Shown here: one piece after another, positions 9,074 to 18,800 of the stretch
How positions within the stretch are numbered: position 1 is the first letter of the stretch
Layout of the letters: each line of letters opens with the position of its first letter
Source: an uncultured archaeon
GTDB lineage: Archaea; Micrarchaeota; Micrarchaeia; Micrarchaeales; CABMGC01
Reading direction: 5' to 3'
Assembly (NCBI GenBank): GCA_963704435.1
Contig: OY969902.1
Location: 720,001-752,000, forward strand
Length of the DNA stretch: 32,000 nt
Translations under genes and position numbers: made by a program
Notes under the pieces: generated by a model
Seen by the model: the letters and a program-made list of their open reading frames with translations, nothing else
What the model was told of the DNA's origin: nothing
Databases searched by the model: none

Positions 9074-9964
9074 ATGCTTGGGGTTAACGTGACGTTCAAG
9101 CCAGCTCATAGTGCAGAGCAAATAACAGAGTTGAGGTCCCTGCATATTGACTTGCAGGCGCTTACGCATGAGCAGAGGAACGGGAATGGCCCTGCAGCTG
9201 AGGCGGTTATTGGCCTCAGGAGGCCGCTGGTCAGGATTGCGGCGGAGAGATACGGAAGTACGGACCCGGAAGTCCTCCTTAATTCGGCAGGGGGCCGCAA
9301 TCTGAGCTGGACCGTGCACGAGGTCGACCTCGACATCGAGCGCGCCTCCGCAGGAGTCCTAAGAGTGCTCGGCAAAGACCGGAGCAGCACTGCGCTCTCT
9401 CCGGACAGTTTCCTTTCAGCAATGCTCGATCGCTGCTATGGCGACGCGCATTATCAAGAGGCGATGTTCGGCATCCTGGCGAGACAGGGAATTCATATGT
9501 GGAGGCAGCTCTGCTCCTGCACCAGGGATTTCACATCGGTGCGTAGCCGCTACGGGCGTGCCGAGAGAGTCATCGGATGGGACTACGCCGCCGCGTGCGA
9601 TAGAGAGGAGTTGCCGCTCCTGCGCGGGATTGGGCATTACGCGATCGAGTTCAAGTCCGTGGCCGCAATGGCGCTGGCATATTCGGACATCGTTGAAGAC
9701 GCAGGTTTTGACGAGCACAGGGGCCACTTCGAGAGGGTGCTAGATGCGCTTGGCAGGGGTTACCTGCCTCTGGGCTATGAAGGAGGAGGGCTCCGCGTCA
9801 TAGCGTTCACGCATAAGGGAAAGGCATCAAAGGAGAAGGACCGCAGGCGCGGAATCAGCAGCAGCATTAACGAGTACGAGCTCACGCAATTAATAACAAC
9901 AGCGGTACGGAATTTGAAGGCGCGAGAAGAAGGAGGAAGAGACGCACATATCCCAGATAAATAG
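9074..9964 (+). CDS. Hypothetical protein, 296 aa
   Basis: Long ORF alone in its interval, preceded by an A/T-rich CATAAATAG element at ~9050-9058; no family recognised. Confidence 0.65.
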   Translation: MLGVNVTFKPAHSAEQITELRSLHIDLQALTHEQRNGNGPAAEAVIGLRRPLVRIAAERYGSTDPEVLLNSAGGRNLSWTVHEVDLDIERASAGVLRVLGKDRSSTALSPDSFLSAMLDRCYGDAHYQEAMFGILARQGIHMWRQLCSCTRDFTSVRSRYGRAERVIGWDYAAACDREELPLLRGIGHYAIEFKSVAAMALAYSDIVEDAGFDEHRGHFERVLDALGRGYLPLGYEGGGLRVIAFTHKGKASKEKDRRRGISSSINEYELTQLITTAVRNLKAREEGGRDAHIPDK

Positions 9965-9985
9965 CCCTCTAAAATCATCCGCTTC

Positions 9986-10363
9986 TTATAAAGCAAAATA
10001 AATAACTGCCACTGCGATTGCGCTTGAAATAATGGAATAAGCGTGTATGCGCATTGCCTGTCTCATGTCTTCCTTATGCGATTTGGTATCGGTTACCTGG
10101 CTTCTTGATCCGCCGGACCCGGTGAAATCGTATATACCAGCAGCGGCGAAACCAGCGCAGAATCTGAAACGGCCCTGATAGAATCCTTCAAAACCGATTA
10201 GCAGCGGTATGAATGAGAAGAACAACCACCATCGCGGAAAATTGAACGCGAGGATGGAGTAAGAAACGATGGCGGATATCGCGAATCCCACTGCGGCTAA
10301 GTCATACCTCTTCCTTATCTCGGTTTTCCCGATGTTGCAGACTCCTGGCTTGTATTCTGGCAT
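9986..10363 (-). CDS. Small predicted membrane protein
   Basis: 125 aa with three hydrophobic segments (LAAVGFAISAIVSYSILAF, WWLFFSFIPLLIGF, AYSIISSAIAVAVIYFAL). Confidence 0.65.
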   Translation of the reverse strand: MPEYKPGVCNIGKTEIRKRYDLAAVGFAISAIVSYSILAFNFPRWWLFFSFIPLLIGFEGFYQGRFRFCAGFAAAGIYDFTGSGGSRSQVTDTKSHKEDMRQAMRIHAYSIISSAIAVAVIYFAL

Positions 10364-10370
10364 GTCAACA

Positions 10371-10706
10371 CTATACCTTGATCTTTATCTCATCGCCTTC
10401 TACTTCAAGTTCGTATGACTTCAGGTCGTTCGCGCCAGAGCCAGTTATTGTCTTTATCATTCCAGCGACGTCCTTTACCATCTTTCCAGTTTTCAGATCG
10501 AACTGTGCGCGATGTACCGGGCAGGTTATGCATCCATTCTCCACTTTGCCTGCCGGAAGATAGCCCATCATATGCGTGCATAGGGCATCCACAGCGTAGA
10601 ACTTCCCGTCAAATTTCGATATAATAACGGGCTTGTCCGCAACCATTACCGTTTTCATTATCCTGCTTTCAAACTCGTCAGTTTTTGCAACGGTCTCCCA
10701 TGCCAT
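10371..10706 (-). CDS. Rieske [2Fe-2S] ferredoxin-like protein
   Basis: CTHMMGYLPAGKVENGCITCPVHRAQFDLKTGKMV: CxH...CxxH Rieske cluster motif; length typical of the soluble family. Confidence 0.93.
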   Translation of the reverse strand: MAWETVAKTDEFESRIMKTVMVADKPVIISKFDGKFYAVDALCTHMMGYLPAGKVENGCITCPVHRAQFDLKTGKMVKDVAGMIKTITGSGANDLKSYELEVEGDEIKIKV

Positions 10707-10802
10707 TTTTCCACCCTATCTCGACACTACGGCTGCTCTGGCTAGATATGCAATAGCACATATTAATATGCGCATTTCCATATCCTACAGGTACGTGAGA
10801 AG

Positions 10803-11099
10803 ATGACATTTCAACTGTTTCCGATATGGTATTTCATTGTAGGGGCCCTGTTGGGTAATGGAGTGCCGCATTTCGTATTCGGATCCGCCGGGAAGGTTTT
10901 CAGGAGCCCGTTCGGCCAGAAATCGTCTCCAAGAGTGAACATACTGTGGGGGCTCTCAAATCTTTTGCTCGCGACAGTGATATCTGGCGGATTGATACTC
11001 CTCAATCTCTACAATGGCTATTCGCTAATCGCTTTGCTGCTGGGATTCTGGCTGATGATGCTGATGTTCGGAACCGGGATCAAGAGATTCCTGAACTAA
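10803..11099 (+). CDS. Small predicted membrane protein, 98 aa
   Basis: Three hydrophobic segments; divergent from the Rieske gene. Confidence 0.6.
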   Translation: MTFQLFPIWYFIVGALLGNGVPHFVFGSAGKVFRSPFGQKSSPRVNILWGLSNLLLATVISGGLILLNLYNGYSLIALLLGFWLMMLMFGTGIKRFLN

Positions 11100-11142
11100 T
11101 TGCGAATATGTCTCCCATTTCCAAGTCAGACAAAAGCAAAAT

Positions 11143-11197
11143 GGGGAGTCCGTTTTCCGAACTTGGGGAGTCCGTTTTCCGAACTTGGGGAGTCCGT
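11143..11197. repeat. 22-bp tandem repeat, 2.5 copies, overlapping tRNA-Pro 3' end
   Basis: GGGGAGTCCGTTTTCCGAACTT at 11143-11164 and 11165-11186, then GGGGAGTCCGT at 11187-11197, which is the acceptor/T-stem end of the tRNA. Confidence 0.95.
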
Positions 11198-11258
11198 GAT
11201 TTGAACACGGGTCTTCAGGTCCCAAACCTGAAAGCCTACCAGGCTAGCCTAACTCCCC
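11186..11258 (-). tRNA. tRNA-Pro(UGG)
   Basis: Minus strand: GGGGAGT-TA-GGCT-AGCCTGGTA-GGCT-T-TCAGG-TTTGGGA-CCTGA-AGAC-CCGTG-TTCAAAT-CACGG-ACTCCCC-A; 73 nt, no intron, CCA not encoded. Confidence 0.93.
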
Positions 11259-11300
11259 TTCGTCTGTTATGTGCGCGTGCACATTAAAAATAGTTGGTTG

Positions 11301-11750
11301 TTACGCTTTTGGTCTCCTTCCCAGGGGTTTCGGTATCTTCAGCTTCGGATACGCCTTCTGGAGCAGGTCGGGATTGACATCGAAGTCGAACTGCAGGCCC
11401 TGCACCACTCGCCTGAACAGGTAAGTCTGGGCTATCCCCGCCAGCTCTTCCTTTCCGCCCGTCGAGTTCTTCAGCACTTCCTTGATCTCCTTGGTGCCGA
11501 GCTTCTGCACGGCCTCCGCGAGCGCCCCGTAACTCTTCCTGGTTCCCTTCGTGAGCTCCGTCGCGTATTCGTCCAGCGCCTTTACGTCGATGCCGAGTAT
11601 CTCGAACGACTTCCTGTCTACGCTCTGCCTTATGCCTGCGAGCTGCAGCACTATCTCCTCGGGCATTGTGCCCTCTGTTATTCGTATCCTCTTCACGGCG
11701 ACCCAGTCCTTGTACCTGGCAAGGAACTCCACTGAATCTTCGCCGCCCAT
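11301..11750 (-). CDS. Archaeal conserved hypothetical protein (possibly DUF2666-like)
   Basis: MGGEDSVEFLARYKDWVAVKRIRITEGTMPEEIVLQLAGIRQSVDRKSFEILGIDVKALDEY... Start at 11750 preferred over 11870, whose 40-aa extension is Arg/Ser-rich and overlaps the upstream gene. The DUF assignment is from memory and tentative. Confidence 0.65.
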   Translation of the reverse strand: MGGEDSVEFLARYKDWVAVKRIRITEGTMPEEIVLQLAGIRQSVDRKSFEILGIDVKALDEYATELTKGTRKSYGALAEAVQKLGTKEIKEVLKNSTGGKEELAGIAQTYLFRRVVQGLQFDFDVNPDLLQKAYPKLKIPKPLGRRPKA

Positions 11751-11769
11751 GCAACCCCCAAAGAGAGCT

Positions 11770-11994
11770 TCAGAGGTCGGTCTGCAGGAGGTAGTAGCCC
11801 GCCGCCTTCTCCCTCGCGACGCGCTTGACGATGCCCCTCTGCGCGAGCGTAACGAGAGTGTTCGTGACAAGCCCCTTAGGCCTGTTCGTCTTCTTCATTA
11901 TGTCGTCCGCGGTCTTCAGCGCGCTGTCCTTCGTCGCGCCGAGCTCCTTCATCGAGCTCACAATCAGCCTCTCAATAGGCGTAAGTTCTACCAT
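11770..11994 (-). CDS. Small winged-helix-like DNA-binding protein, 74 aa
   Basis: TPIERLIVSSMKELGATKDSALKTADDIMKKTNRPKGLVTNTLVTLAQRGIVKRVAREKAAGYYL resembles a wHTH fold. Confidence 0.65.
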   Translation of the reverse strand: MVELTPIERLIVSSMKELGATKDSALKTADDIMKKTNRPKGLVTNTLVTLAQRGIVKRVAREKAAGYYLLQTDL

Positions 11995-12031
11995 TCCAAC
12001 AACCTTGCTTTCACTTAAACATCAATGCGCG

Positions 12032-12184
12032 CTACTTCTTCGCCCTGAGCGTCTTCCGCTTGGGCCTGAGGTACTTGGATCCGCACTTCCTGCACTTCTC
12101 GCTTCCGCTCCTGTTCCTTCCTTTGCATTTCCTGCAGATCCAGACCCTGCTTATGGCTTCGTCTGCCAATTGGAATTTTCCCAT
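12032..12184 (-). CDS. rpl40e: 50S ribosomal protein L40e
   Basis: Manual translation (too short for ORF track): MGKFQLADEAISRVWICRKCKGRNRSGSEKCRKCGSKYLRPKRKTLRAKK; CxxC...CxxC zinc ribbon and basic tail typical of archaeal L40e. Confidence 0.88.
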   Translation of the reverse strand: MGKFQLADEAISRVWICRKCKGRNRSGSEKCRKCGSKYLRPKRKTLRAKK

Positions 12185-12273
12185 TTGAGTACCGTTCACG
12201 TCAGAGAAATTCTTAGATTACCTCCGCTGTAGATGATGATTAGACATAATAACAAATATAAAGCAGATGGGGG

Positions 12274-12732
12274 CTAGGCTTCCTTCGTCCTGAGCTCCCT
12301 GGCGAACCTCTCGGCATCAGCCAGATCCTGCCCGTTCGGCCTTCCCTTGTTGAGCCCGCCTATCAGCTTGAACGGCCCGAAAGTGTCGAAGCCCTTGCAC
12401 GAGAACTCGCCGAGTATTGCGAAGCCCTTCCTGGCGAGCGCCTCCTTCAGCCTCCTGTGGCTCTTGGATCCGTTAGGCCCGCCTGAGGTGGAGAAGATGA
12501 AGGCCTGCTTCCCGTCCGAGCGCGGTAGGCCGTCCACGAACTCCAGCAGCAGACGGTGGTGCCTGCCTCCGTATATGCCCGAGCCGAACCCGACCAGGTC
12601 GGAATGTGCAACGGAGTCCGCGCTCGCCTCTCCCGCCGTTACGAGCTTGGCCCGCAGGACCCTGGCAATCGCCTCGGCTATCTTCTTGGTGTTCCCATGG
12701 TGGACCGATTCGTAGACTATCAGGGCTTCCAT
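12274..12732 (-). CDS. Flavodoxin-like protein
   Basis: MEALIVYESVHHGNTKKIAEAIARVL (FMN phosphate-binding loop), GFGSGIYGGRHH, FIFSTSGG. Start at internal ATG 12732 preferred. Confidence 0.85.
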   Translation of the reverse strand: MEALIVYESVHHGNTKKIAEAIARVLRAKLVTAGEASADSVAHSDLVGFGSGIYGGRHHRLLLEFVDGLPRSDGKQAFIFSTSGGPNGSKSHRRLKEALARKGFAILGEFSCKGFDTFGPFKLIGGLNKGRPNGQDLADAERFARELRTKEA

Positions 12733-12789
12733 GCATGCTCTATGCCCGTGCACTTATAAAAACTGTGGTCCTTTGACCCTTTCCGCGCG

Positions 12790-15639
12790 CTAGAAGGCGA
12801 TGTCCAGGCTGGGCTTCAGCGGCGCAGCCCGGTCCGCGCGCGGCGACTTCGATTCGGACTCCTTCTCCACGACGACCCTGCACCCAAGCTGGGTGCCCAT
12901 GTACTCGGCAGCGTCGCTCAGTCCGTTGAACTCGTCCTCCTGCATCACGGTGACCTCCCTGAGACCGTTGACCCTCTTCGCCAGCGACGCGAGATATTTT
13001 GCGGCCTTCTCCTTGTCGAGCTTTCCGTCCTTCCTGACCGCCTCCATGGCCTTCTCCACGCTCTTCTTCTTCGCAACCTCGTTGGTGAGCTCCCTCTTCC
13101 AGTCGTCGGCGACCACAATCCTCGCCTCCCTCGCCCTCTTCCCGGCCTTCTTCTGCATCAGCGCGATTATCTGCTTGGCGTCGCTCACCACCCCGTCCAC
13201 GAGCTCCTCGCCAGCCTCAAGGTCGTCGCTCACCATGGCCCCGTTCGCCTCAGGCCACCTCTCGGCGGACGAGAAGGTGGTGTTTCCCAGCAGGTGCCAA
13301 AGCTCCTCCGAGAAGTGGGGGGCGATGGGCTGCAGCATTAGCGCCACCGAGGACAGGTACTCCTTCACGACTATCGCGTTGGCGCCTCCCCTGGCGAAGT
13401 ACCTCCTGAGTTCAACTACAGATCCGTAGAGCACCGCAACCGCGGCGTCCCTGAGCTCCAGCTTCTCCATGGCCGCCGTCGCGTCTGATATCTTCCTGTT
13501 GAGCTTCGAGTAGAGCCAGTAGTCCATCCTCTTGAGCTCACCGGCCTCGAGCCCGCCCGCCTTCTCCGCGGAGTCGAACAGGTACTGCAGCCTTGCCTTG
13601 ACCCCCTCCAGCGCGTCTGCGTTGAACTCGGAGTCCGTGAAGAGATCAGTCCCGGCTATCTCTATCACCCTCAGGGGATCGCCGCCATACTTCTCTATCC
13701 CGTCCCTCAGGGGCACGATGTTGCCGAGGCTCTTGCTCATCTTCTCCCCCTCGTAGTTGACGAACCCGTTGACCACTATCTGCTTCGGCCAGTACTTCCT
13801 GTCGAATATCGCGACGTGGTTGAAAAGATACATGGTGTAGTGGTTGTATATCAGGTCGGGGGCCGAGTGGCTCGACGCCTGCGCGTACCAGTAGTCGAAG
13901 GACTCCCTGCATTCGTTTATCAAAGTGTAGTCTATCTTCGTGGACGCTGCGACGGCCTCAACGTCGCCCTTGCCCAGGAACACGTAGTCGAAGAACTCGG
14001 GCTTCAGCGCCTCGGTGTCGACGTTAGCTATGAGGTTGGATATGGTGTAGAACGCGGGGTAGATCGTCGAGTCGGACAGCGACTCTATTATGAAGTTCCT
14101 GTCCAGCGGGAACTTGGTGCCCAGGCCCTGCGCCCTGGCCACCGCGCGGAGGTTTATCCACTCGGCCGCGGCCTCGAACGCGTTCCTGCTCTTCTGCGGG
14201 AATATGGCCATCTCGCCCAGCAGCTCCCTGACCAGCTTCTTCCATTCGGCGTCGCCGTAGTTTATGAACCACTGGTTCTCCACCGCCTTGACCACTATCT
14301 CGTAGCCGCACCTGCAGTAGACCGGCGCGTTCGCCAGCACGTAGATCTCTACCGCGTTCCCCTGCTTCAGCAGTTCCCCCTTGACCCTGTCCCTTGCCTC
14401 GGGCTCGCTCATTCCCTCGTAGCCCCTGACCAGCATCTTTCCCCAGTGCGACTCCTCCCTGTACTGGAGCTTCGTCGCGAACTCGAGCATGTCGTCTATA
14501 GCGTTCGCGTCCGTATGCAGGACCTCCAGGTACGCCAGCGCCGGCACGTCCACGTGCACCGGCCTCGCCTCCCCCGCCGATACGTCCCCCAAAGACCTCC
14601 CTATTTCCACATCTATTATCTTCTTCGGCTTTATCTCGGGCATCGCGTAGCCGCTGGCCCTGAGCCGCTCCAGGGCGGCGTAGTCGAACGGGGCATGTGC
14701 GGGCACGCTCATGACTATCCCTGTGCCTATGCCCTCCTTGACGAAGAAGCCCGGAAGTACCGGCACGGACTCGTTGGTGGCGGGGTTAACGCACTTCTTC
14801 TTGAGCATCTCCTTTCCGTCCGTCTCGCTCAATACTGTGACCTTCATCTGGCTCTTCAGCGCATCCGCGCACGCCTTGGAGAGGTAATAGTTCCCGTCGC
14901 GCCCCTCTATGCTGCACAGCGCGTACTTCGCGCCATCGTTGACGAATACGTTGGTGACCCCGAAGACCGTCTCGGGCCGGTAGGTCGCGCAGAGCACTGA
15001 GGCCTCCTCCCCCTCGACCCTGAACCTTATGGCCGTCTGCCTCTCTATGTCAGGCTCCACGTCGTGCTTGGTGTCGTGCATGCCCACTGCGTTGTTCTCG
15101 TTCGGGCACCATCCGACGGGATGGGATCCCTGCGTGAGGAAGCCGAGCCGGTGGAGTATGCCGAACTGCCACTCTATGAACTTGCTGAACCTCTCGTCCG
15201 TGGTGACGAACTTCCTGCGCCAGTCGATGCTGTAGCCAGCGAACCTCATCCCGCTCTCCATCTCCTTGGTGAAGTACTTGGTGATGTAGACGGGGTCGAC
15301 CATCTTCGCTATCTCGTCCTCGGGGATGTGGAAGAGCTTCAGCTCGTCGAACAGCTCCCTGTCGTTGTTCTTTATCCTCTTGGCGAACGCGAGGACCGGA
15401 GTGCCGGTGGCGTGGAAGCCCATCGGGAACAGGACGTTGAATCCCCGCATCCTCTTGTATCTCGCGAGCAGGTCGGCCGTGCCGAACGTCCTTAGGTGGC
15501 CTATGTGCTGCGGCGTGTTGACGTAGGGGAACGCGCCGAAGACCATGAAAGGGGGCTTATCCCCTATCTCCGGGGCGAATATCTTGGCATCGTCCCACGC
15601 CTTCTGCCACTTGGCCTCCATCTCAGCGTAGTCGATCAT
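12790..15639 (-). CDS. leuS: Leucyl-tRNA synthetase (archaeal/eukaryotic type)
   Basis: 949 aa; FPYVNTPQHIGHLRTFGTADLLARYKRMRGFNVLFPMGFHATGTPV; CATYRPETVFGVTNVFVN editing domain; KMSKS at YEGEKMSKSLGNIVPL. Confidence 0.95.
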   Translation of the reverse strand: MIDYAEMEAKWQKAWDDAKIFAPEIGDKPPFMVFGAFPYVNTPQHIGHLRTFGTADLLARYKRMRGFNVLFPMGFHATGTPVLAFAKRIKNNDRELFDELKLFHIPEDEIAKMVDPVYITKYFTKEMESGMRFAGYSIDWRRKFVTTDERFSKFIEWQFGILHRLGFLTQGSHPVGWCPNENNAVGMHDTKHDVEPDIERQTAIRFRVEGEEASVLCATYRPETVFGVTNVFVNDGAKYALCSIEGRDGNYYLSKACADALKSQMKVTVLSETDGKEMLKKKCVNPATNESVPVLPGFFVKEGIGTGIVMSVPAHAPFDYAALERLRASGYAMPEIKPKKIIDVEIGRSLGDVSAGEARPVHVDVPALAYLEVLHTDANAIDDMLEFATKLQYREESHWGKMLVRGYEGMSEPEARDRVKGELLKQGNAVEIYVLANAPVYCRCGYEIVVKAVENQWFINYGDAEWKKLVRELLGEMAIFPQKSRNAFEAAAEWINLRAVARAQGLGTKFPLDRNFIIESLSDSTIYPAFYTISNLIANVDTEALKPEFFDYVFLGKGDVEAVAASTKIDYTLINECRESFDYWYAQASSHSAPDLIYNHYTMYLFNHVAIFDRKYWPKQIVVNGFVNYEGEKMSKSLGNIVPLRDGIEKYGGDPLRVIEIAGTDLFTDSEFNADALEGVKARLQYLFDSAEKAGGLEAGELKRMDYWLYSKLNRKISDATAAMEKLELRDAAVAVLYGSVVELRRYFARGGANAIVVKEYLSSVALMLQPIAPHFSEELWHLLGNTTFSSAERWPEANGAMVSDDLEAGEELVDGVVSDAKQIIALMQKKAGKRAREARIVVADDWKRELTNEVAKKKSVEKAMEAVRKDGKLDKEKAAKYLASLAKRVNGLREVTVMQEDEFNGLSDAAEYMGTQLGCRVVVEKESESKSPRADRAAPLKPSLDIAF

Positions 15640-15848
15640 GAAACCACAGAATCCAGCAATAATACTGCCTTTGCATCACAAAATTAATAGCGTTGCCGTT
15701 CGCAATCGGCCGCGCAGGGGCCTCCAAACGGGTAATTCCAGCCATGGGAGCGGCATTCTCCACGAAGCGACCTGCAATAAGGGGCTAAGACCTCAATATT
15801 ACTGATTTTATCACTGGTTTTTATTGTTTTGTTTCCTATACTGGCCAA

Positions 15849-18800
15849 ATGCCCGCTAAAATCGCGCAAGATCGGAATAATCTTGCATTTTCATTGCTAT
15901 TGGCGACCGTGTTGCTCGCTTTTGCCTCCACCACGGCAAGCGCCTCTAGCATAGTAAATACTATAATAGGGTTCAACGGACCGATCGGGATCGCGGTCTC
16001 GCCGTTCGGCTCCCAGGCCTACGTAGTAAACAACGGCAACAACACCGTGAGCGTAGTGACACTGAACGGCGTAAGCGGCGCAGCGAACGCCTTCTCCTTC
16101 AATGTCCCGTTCTCGGTCAATTCAGTCAACGTCGTATCGCTGATGATAGGCAACGGACTGGCGATAAACGGAGCCAACCAGCTCTATGCCACCGGAACGG
16201 CATTGACGGCCAACGCGCCAATCTTCATAGACTCCAACAACGCAATTTCGATCACCCAGGCGTCCGCGACGGTGAACGGATTCCTGTCGTCAGCCGACTG
16301 GAACACCTTCAGCACGGTCAACAGCAGGGCCTACGCATTCACGGTCACCAACATGCTCGGATACATAGGGAATGTCCTTTCGATATCGAACACGCCGTCC
16401 TTCATGACGGTCACTGCGAACATAATAGGCAACAACGCAGTCATCACTACGCTGACCGGGAACGTCATCGGGAGCACAGCATCCATCACCACGGTGAATG
16501 GCAACGTAATAGGCAATAATGCGGTATTCGGCTCATCAGTCAGTGCGGTGACACTCAACGGCAACGTCGTTGGAAACAACGCCGTGTTCACGTCAATCTC
16601 ATTCACTACACTGTCCGGTTCGACCTTCACAGGGAACATCGTTGGCAACAATGCCGTACTCACGAACATCTACGGAACACTCGCAGGGTCCAACACCATC
16701 TCATTCAGTACCGGCAACGGACAGACCCTGACGGCGAACATCATTGCGCCTAGTTCGATCTATGGAGTGATTTCCGGCGCAAACACGATCGCATTCTCGA
16801 CCGCGACTGGAACCACGGTCAATGCAAACACAGTCGGAACGACGGTCAGTGCGGTTACGCTTAACGGCAACGTCGTAGGCAACAACGCCGTGTTCACTTC
16901 AATATCATTCACTACACTGTCCGGTTCGACCTTCACAGGGAACATCGTTGGCAACAATGCCGTACTCACGAACATCTACGGAACACTCGCAGGGTCCAAC
17001 ACCATCTCATTCAGTACCGGCAACGGACAGACCCTGACGGCGAACATCATTGCGCCTAGTTCGATCTATGGAGTGATTTCCGGCGCAAACACGATCGCAT
17101 TCTCGACCGCGACTGGAACCACGGTCAATGCAAACACAGTCGGAACGACGGTCAGTGCGGTTACGCTTAACGGCAACGTCGTAGGCAACAACGCCGTGTT
17201 CACTTCAATATCATTCACTACACTGTCCGGTTCGACCTTCACAGGGAACATCGTTGGCAACAATGCCGTACTCACGAACATCTACGGAACACTCGCAGGG
17301 TCCAACACCATCTCATTCAGTACCGGCAACGGACAGACCCTGACGGCGAACATCATTGCGCCTAGTTCGATCTATGGAGTGATTTCCGGCGCAAACACGA
17401 TCGCATTCTCGACCGCGACTGGAACCACGGTCAATGCAAACACAGTCGGAACGACGGTCAGTGCGGTTACGCTTAACGGCAACGTCGTAGGCAACAACGC
17501 CGTGTTCACTTCAATATCATTCACTACACTGTCCGGTTCGACATTCTCGGGCAACCTGGTCGGGAACAACGCGGTACTTACTAACATCTACGGAACACTC
17601 GCAGGGTCCAACACCATCTCATTCAGTACCGGCAACGGACAGACCCTGACGGCGAACATCATTGCGCCTAGTTCGATCTATGGAGTGATTTCCGGCGCAA
17701 ACACGATCGCATTCTCGACCGCGACTGGAACCACGGTCAATGCAAACACAGTCGGAACGACGGTCAGTGCGGTTACGCTTAACGGCAACGTCGTAGGCAA
17801 CAACGCCGTGTTCACTTCAATATCATTCACTACACTGTCCGGTTCGACATTCTCGGGCAACCTGGTCGGGAACAACGCGGTACTTACTAACATCTACGGA
17901 ACACTCGCAGGGTCCAACACCATCTCATTCAGTACCGGCAACGGACAGACCCTGACGGCGAACATCATTGCGCCTAGTTCGATCTATGGAGTGATTTCCG
18001 GCGCAAACACGATCGCATTCTCGACCGCGACTGGAACCACGGTCAATGCAAACACAGTCGGAACGACGGTCAGTGCGGTTACGCTTAACGGCAACGTCGT
18101 AGGCAACAACGCCGTGTTCACTTCAATATCATTCACTACACTGTCCGGTTCGACATTCTCGGGCAACCTGGTCGGGAACAACGCGGTACTTACTAACATC
18201 TACGGAACACTCGCAGGGTCCAACACCATCTCATTCAGTACCGGCAACGGACAGACCCTGACGGCGAACATCATTGCGCCTAGTTCGATCTATGGAGTGA
18301 TTTCCGGCGCAAACACGATCGCATTCTCGACCGCGACTGGAACCACGGTCAATGCAAACACAGTCGGAACGACGGTCAGTGCGGTTACGCTTAACGGCAA
18401 CGTCGTAGGCAACAACGCCGTGTTCACTTCAATATCATTCACTACACTGTCCGGTTCGACATTCTCGGGCAACCTGGTCGGGAACAACGCGGTACTTACT
18501 AACATCTACGGAACACTCGCAGGGTCCAACACCATCTCATTCAGTACCGGCAACGGACAGACCCTGACGGCGAACATCATTGCGCCTAGTTCGATCTATG
18601 GAGTGATTTCCGGCGCAAACACGATCGCATTCTCGACCGCGACTGGAACCACGGTCAATGCAAACACAGTCGGAACGACGGTCAGTGCGGTTACGCTTAA
18701 CGGCAACGTCGTAGGCAACAACGCCGTGTTCACTTCAATATCATTCACTACACTGTCCGGTTCGACATTCTCGGGCAACCTGGTCGGGAACAACGCGGTA

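Noticed and set aside
11143-11197. Possible CRISPR-like or second tRNA fragment at the 22-bp repeat
   Set aside because: Only 2.5 contiguous copies with no spacers, and only the last 12 nt of the tRNA are reiterated, so there are no extra complete tRNAs.
11751-11870. 40-aa N-terminal extension of the 11301 gene
   Set aside because: The extension (MSRTLSLRSRRGASSSASRGRRRR...) overlaps the wHTH gene out of frame and looks non-coding; internal ATG at 11750 gives a natural start.
13816-15000. 394-aa plus-strand ORF
   Set aside because: Antisense shadow of leuS; Arg/Val/His-rich composition typical of a non-coding frame in GC-rich DNA.
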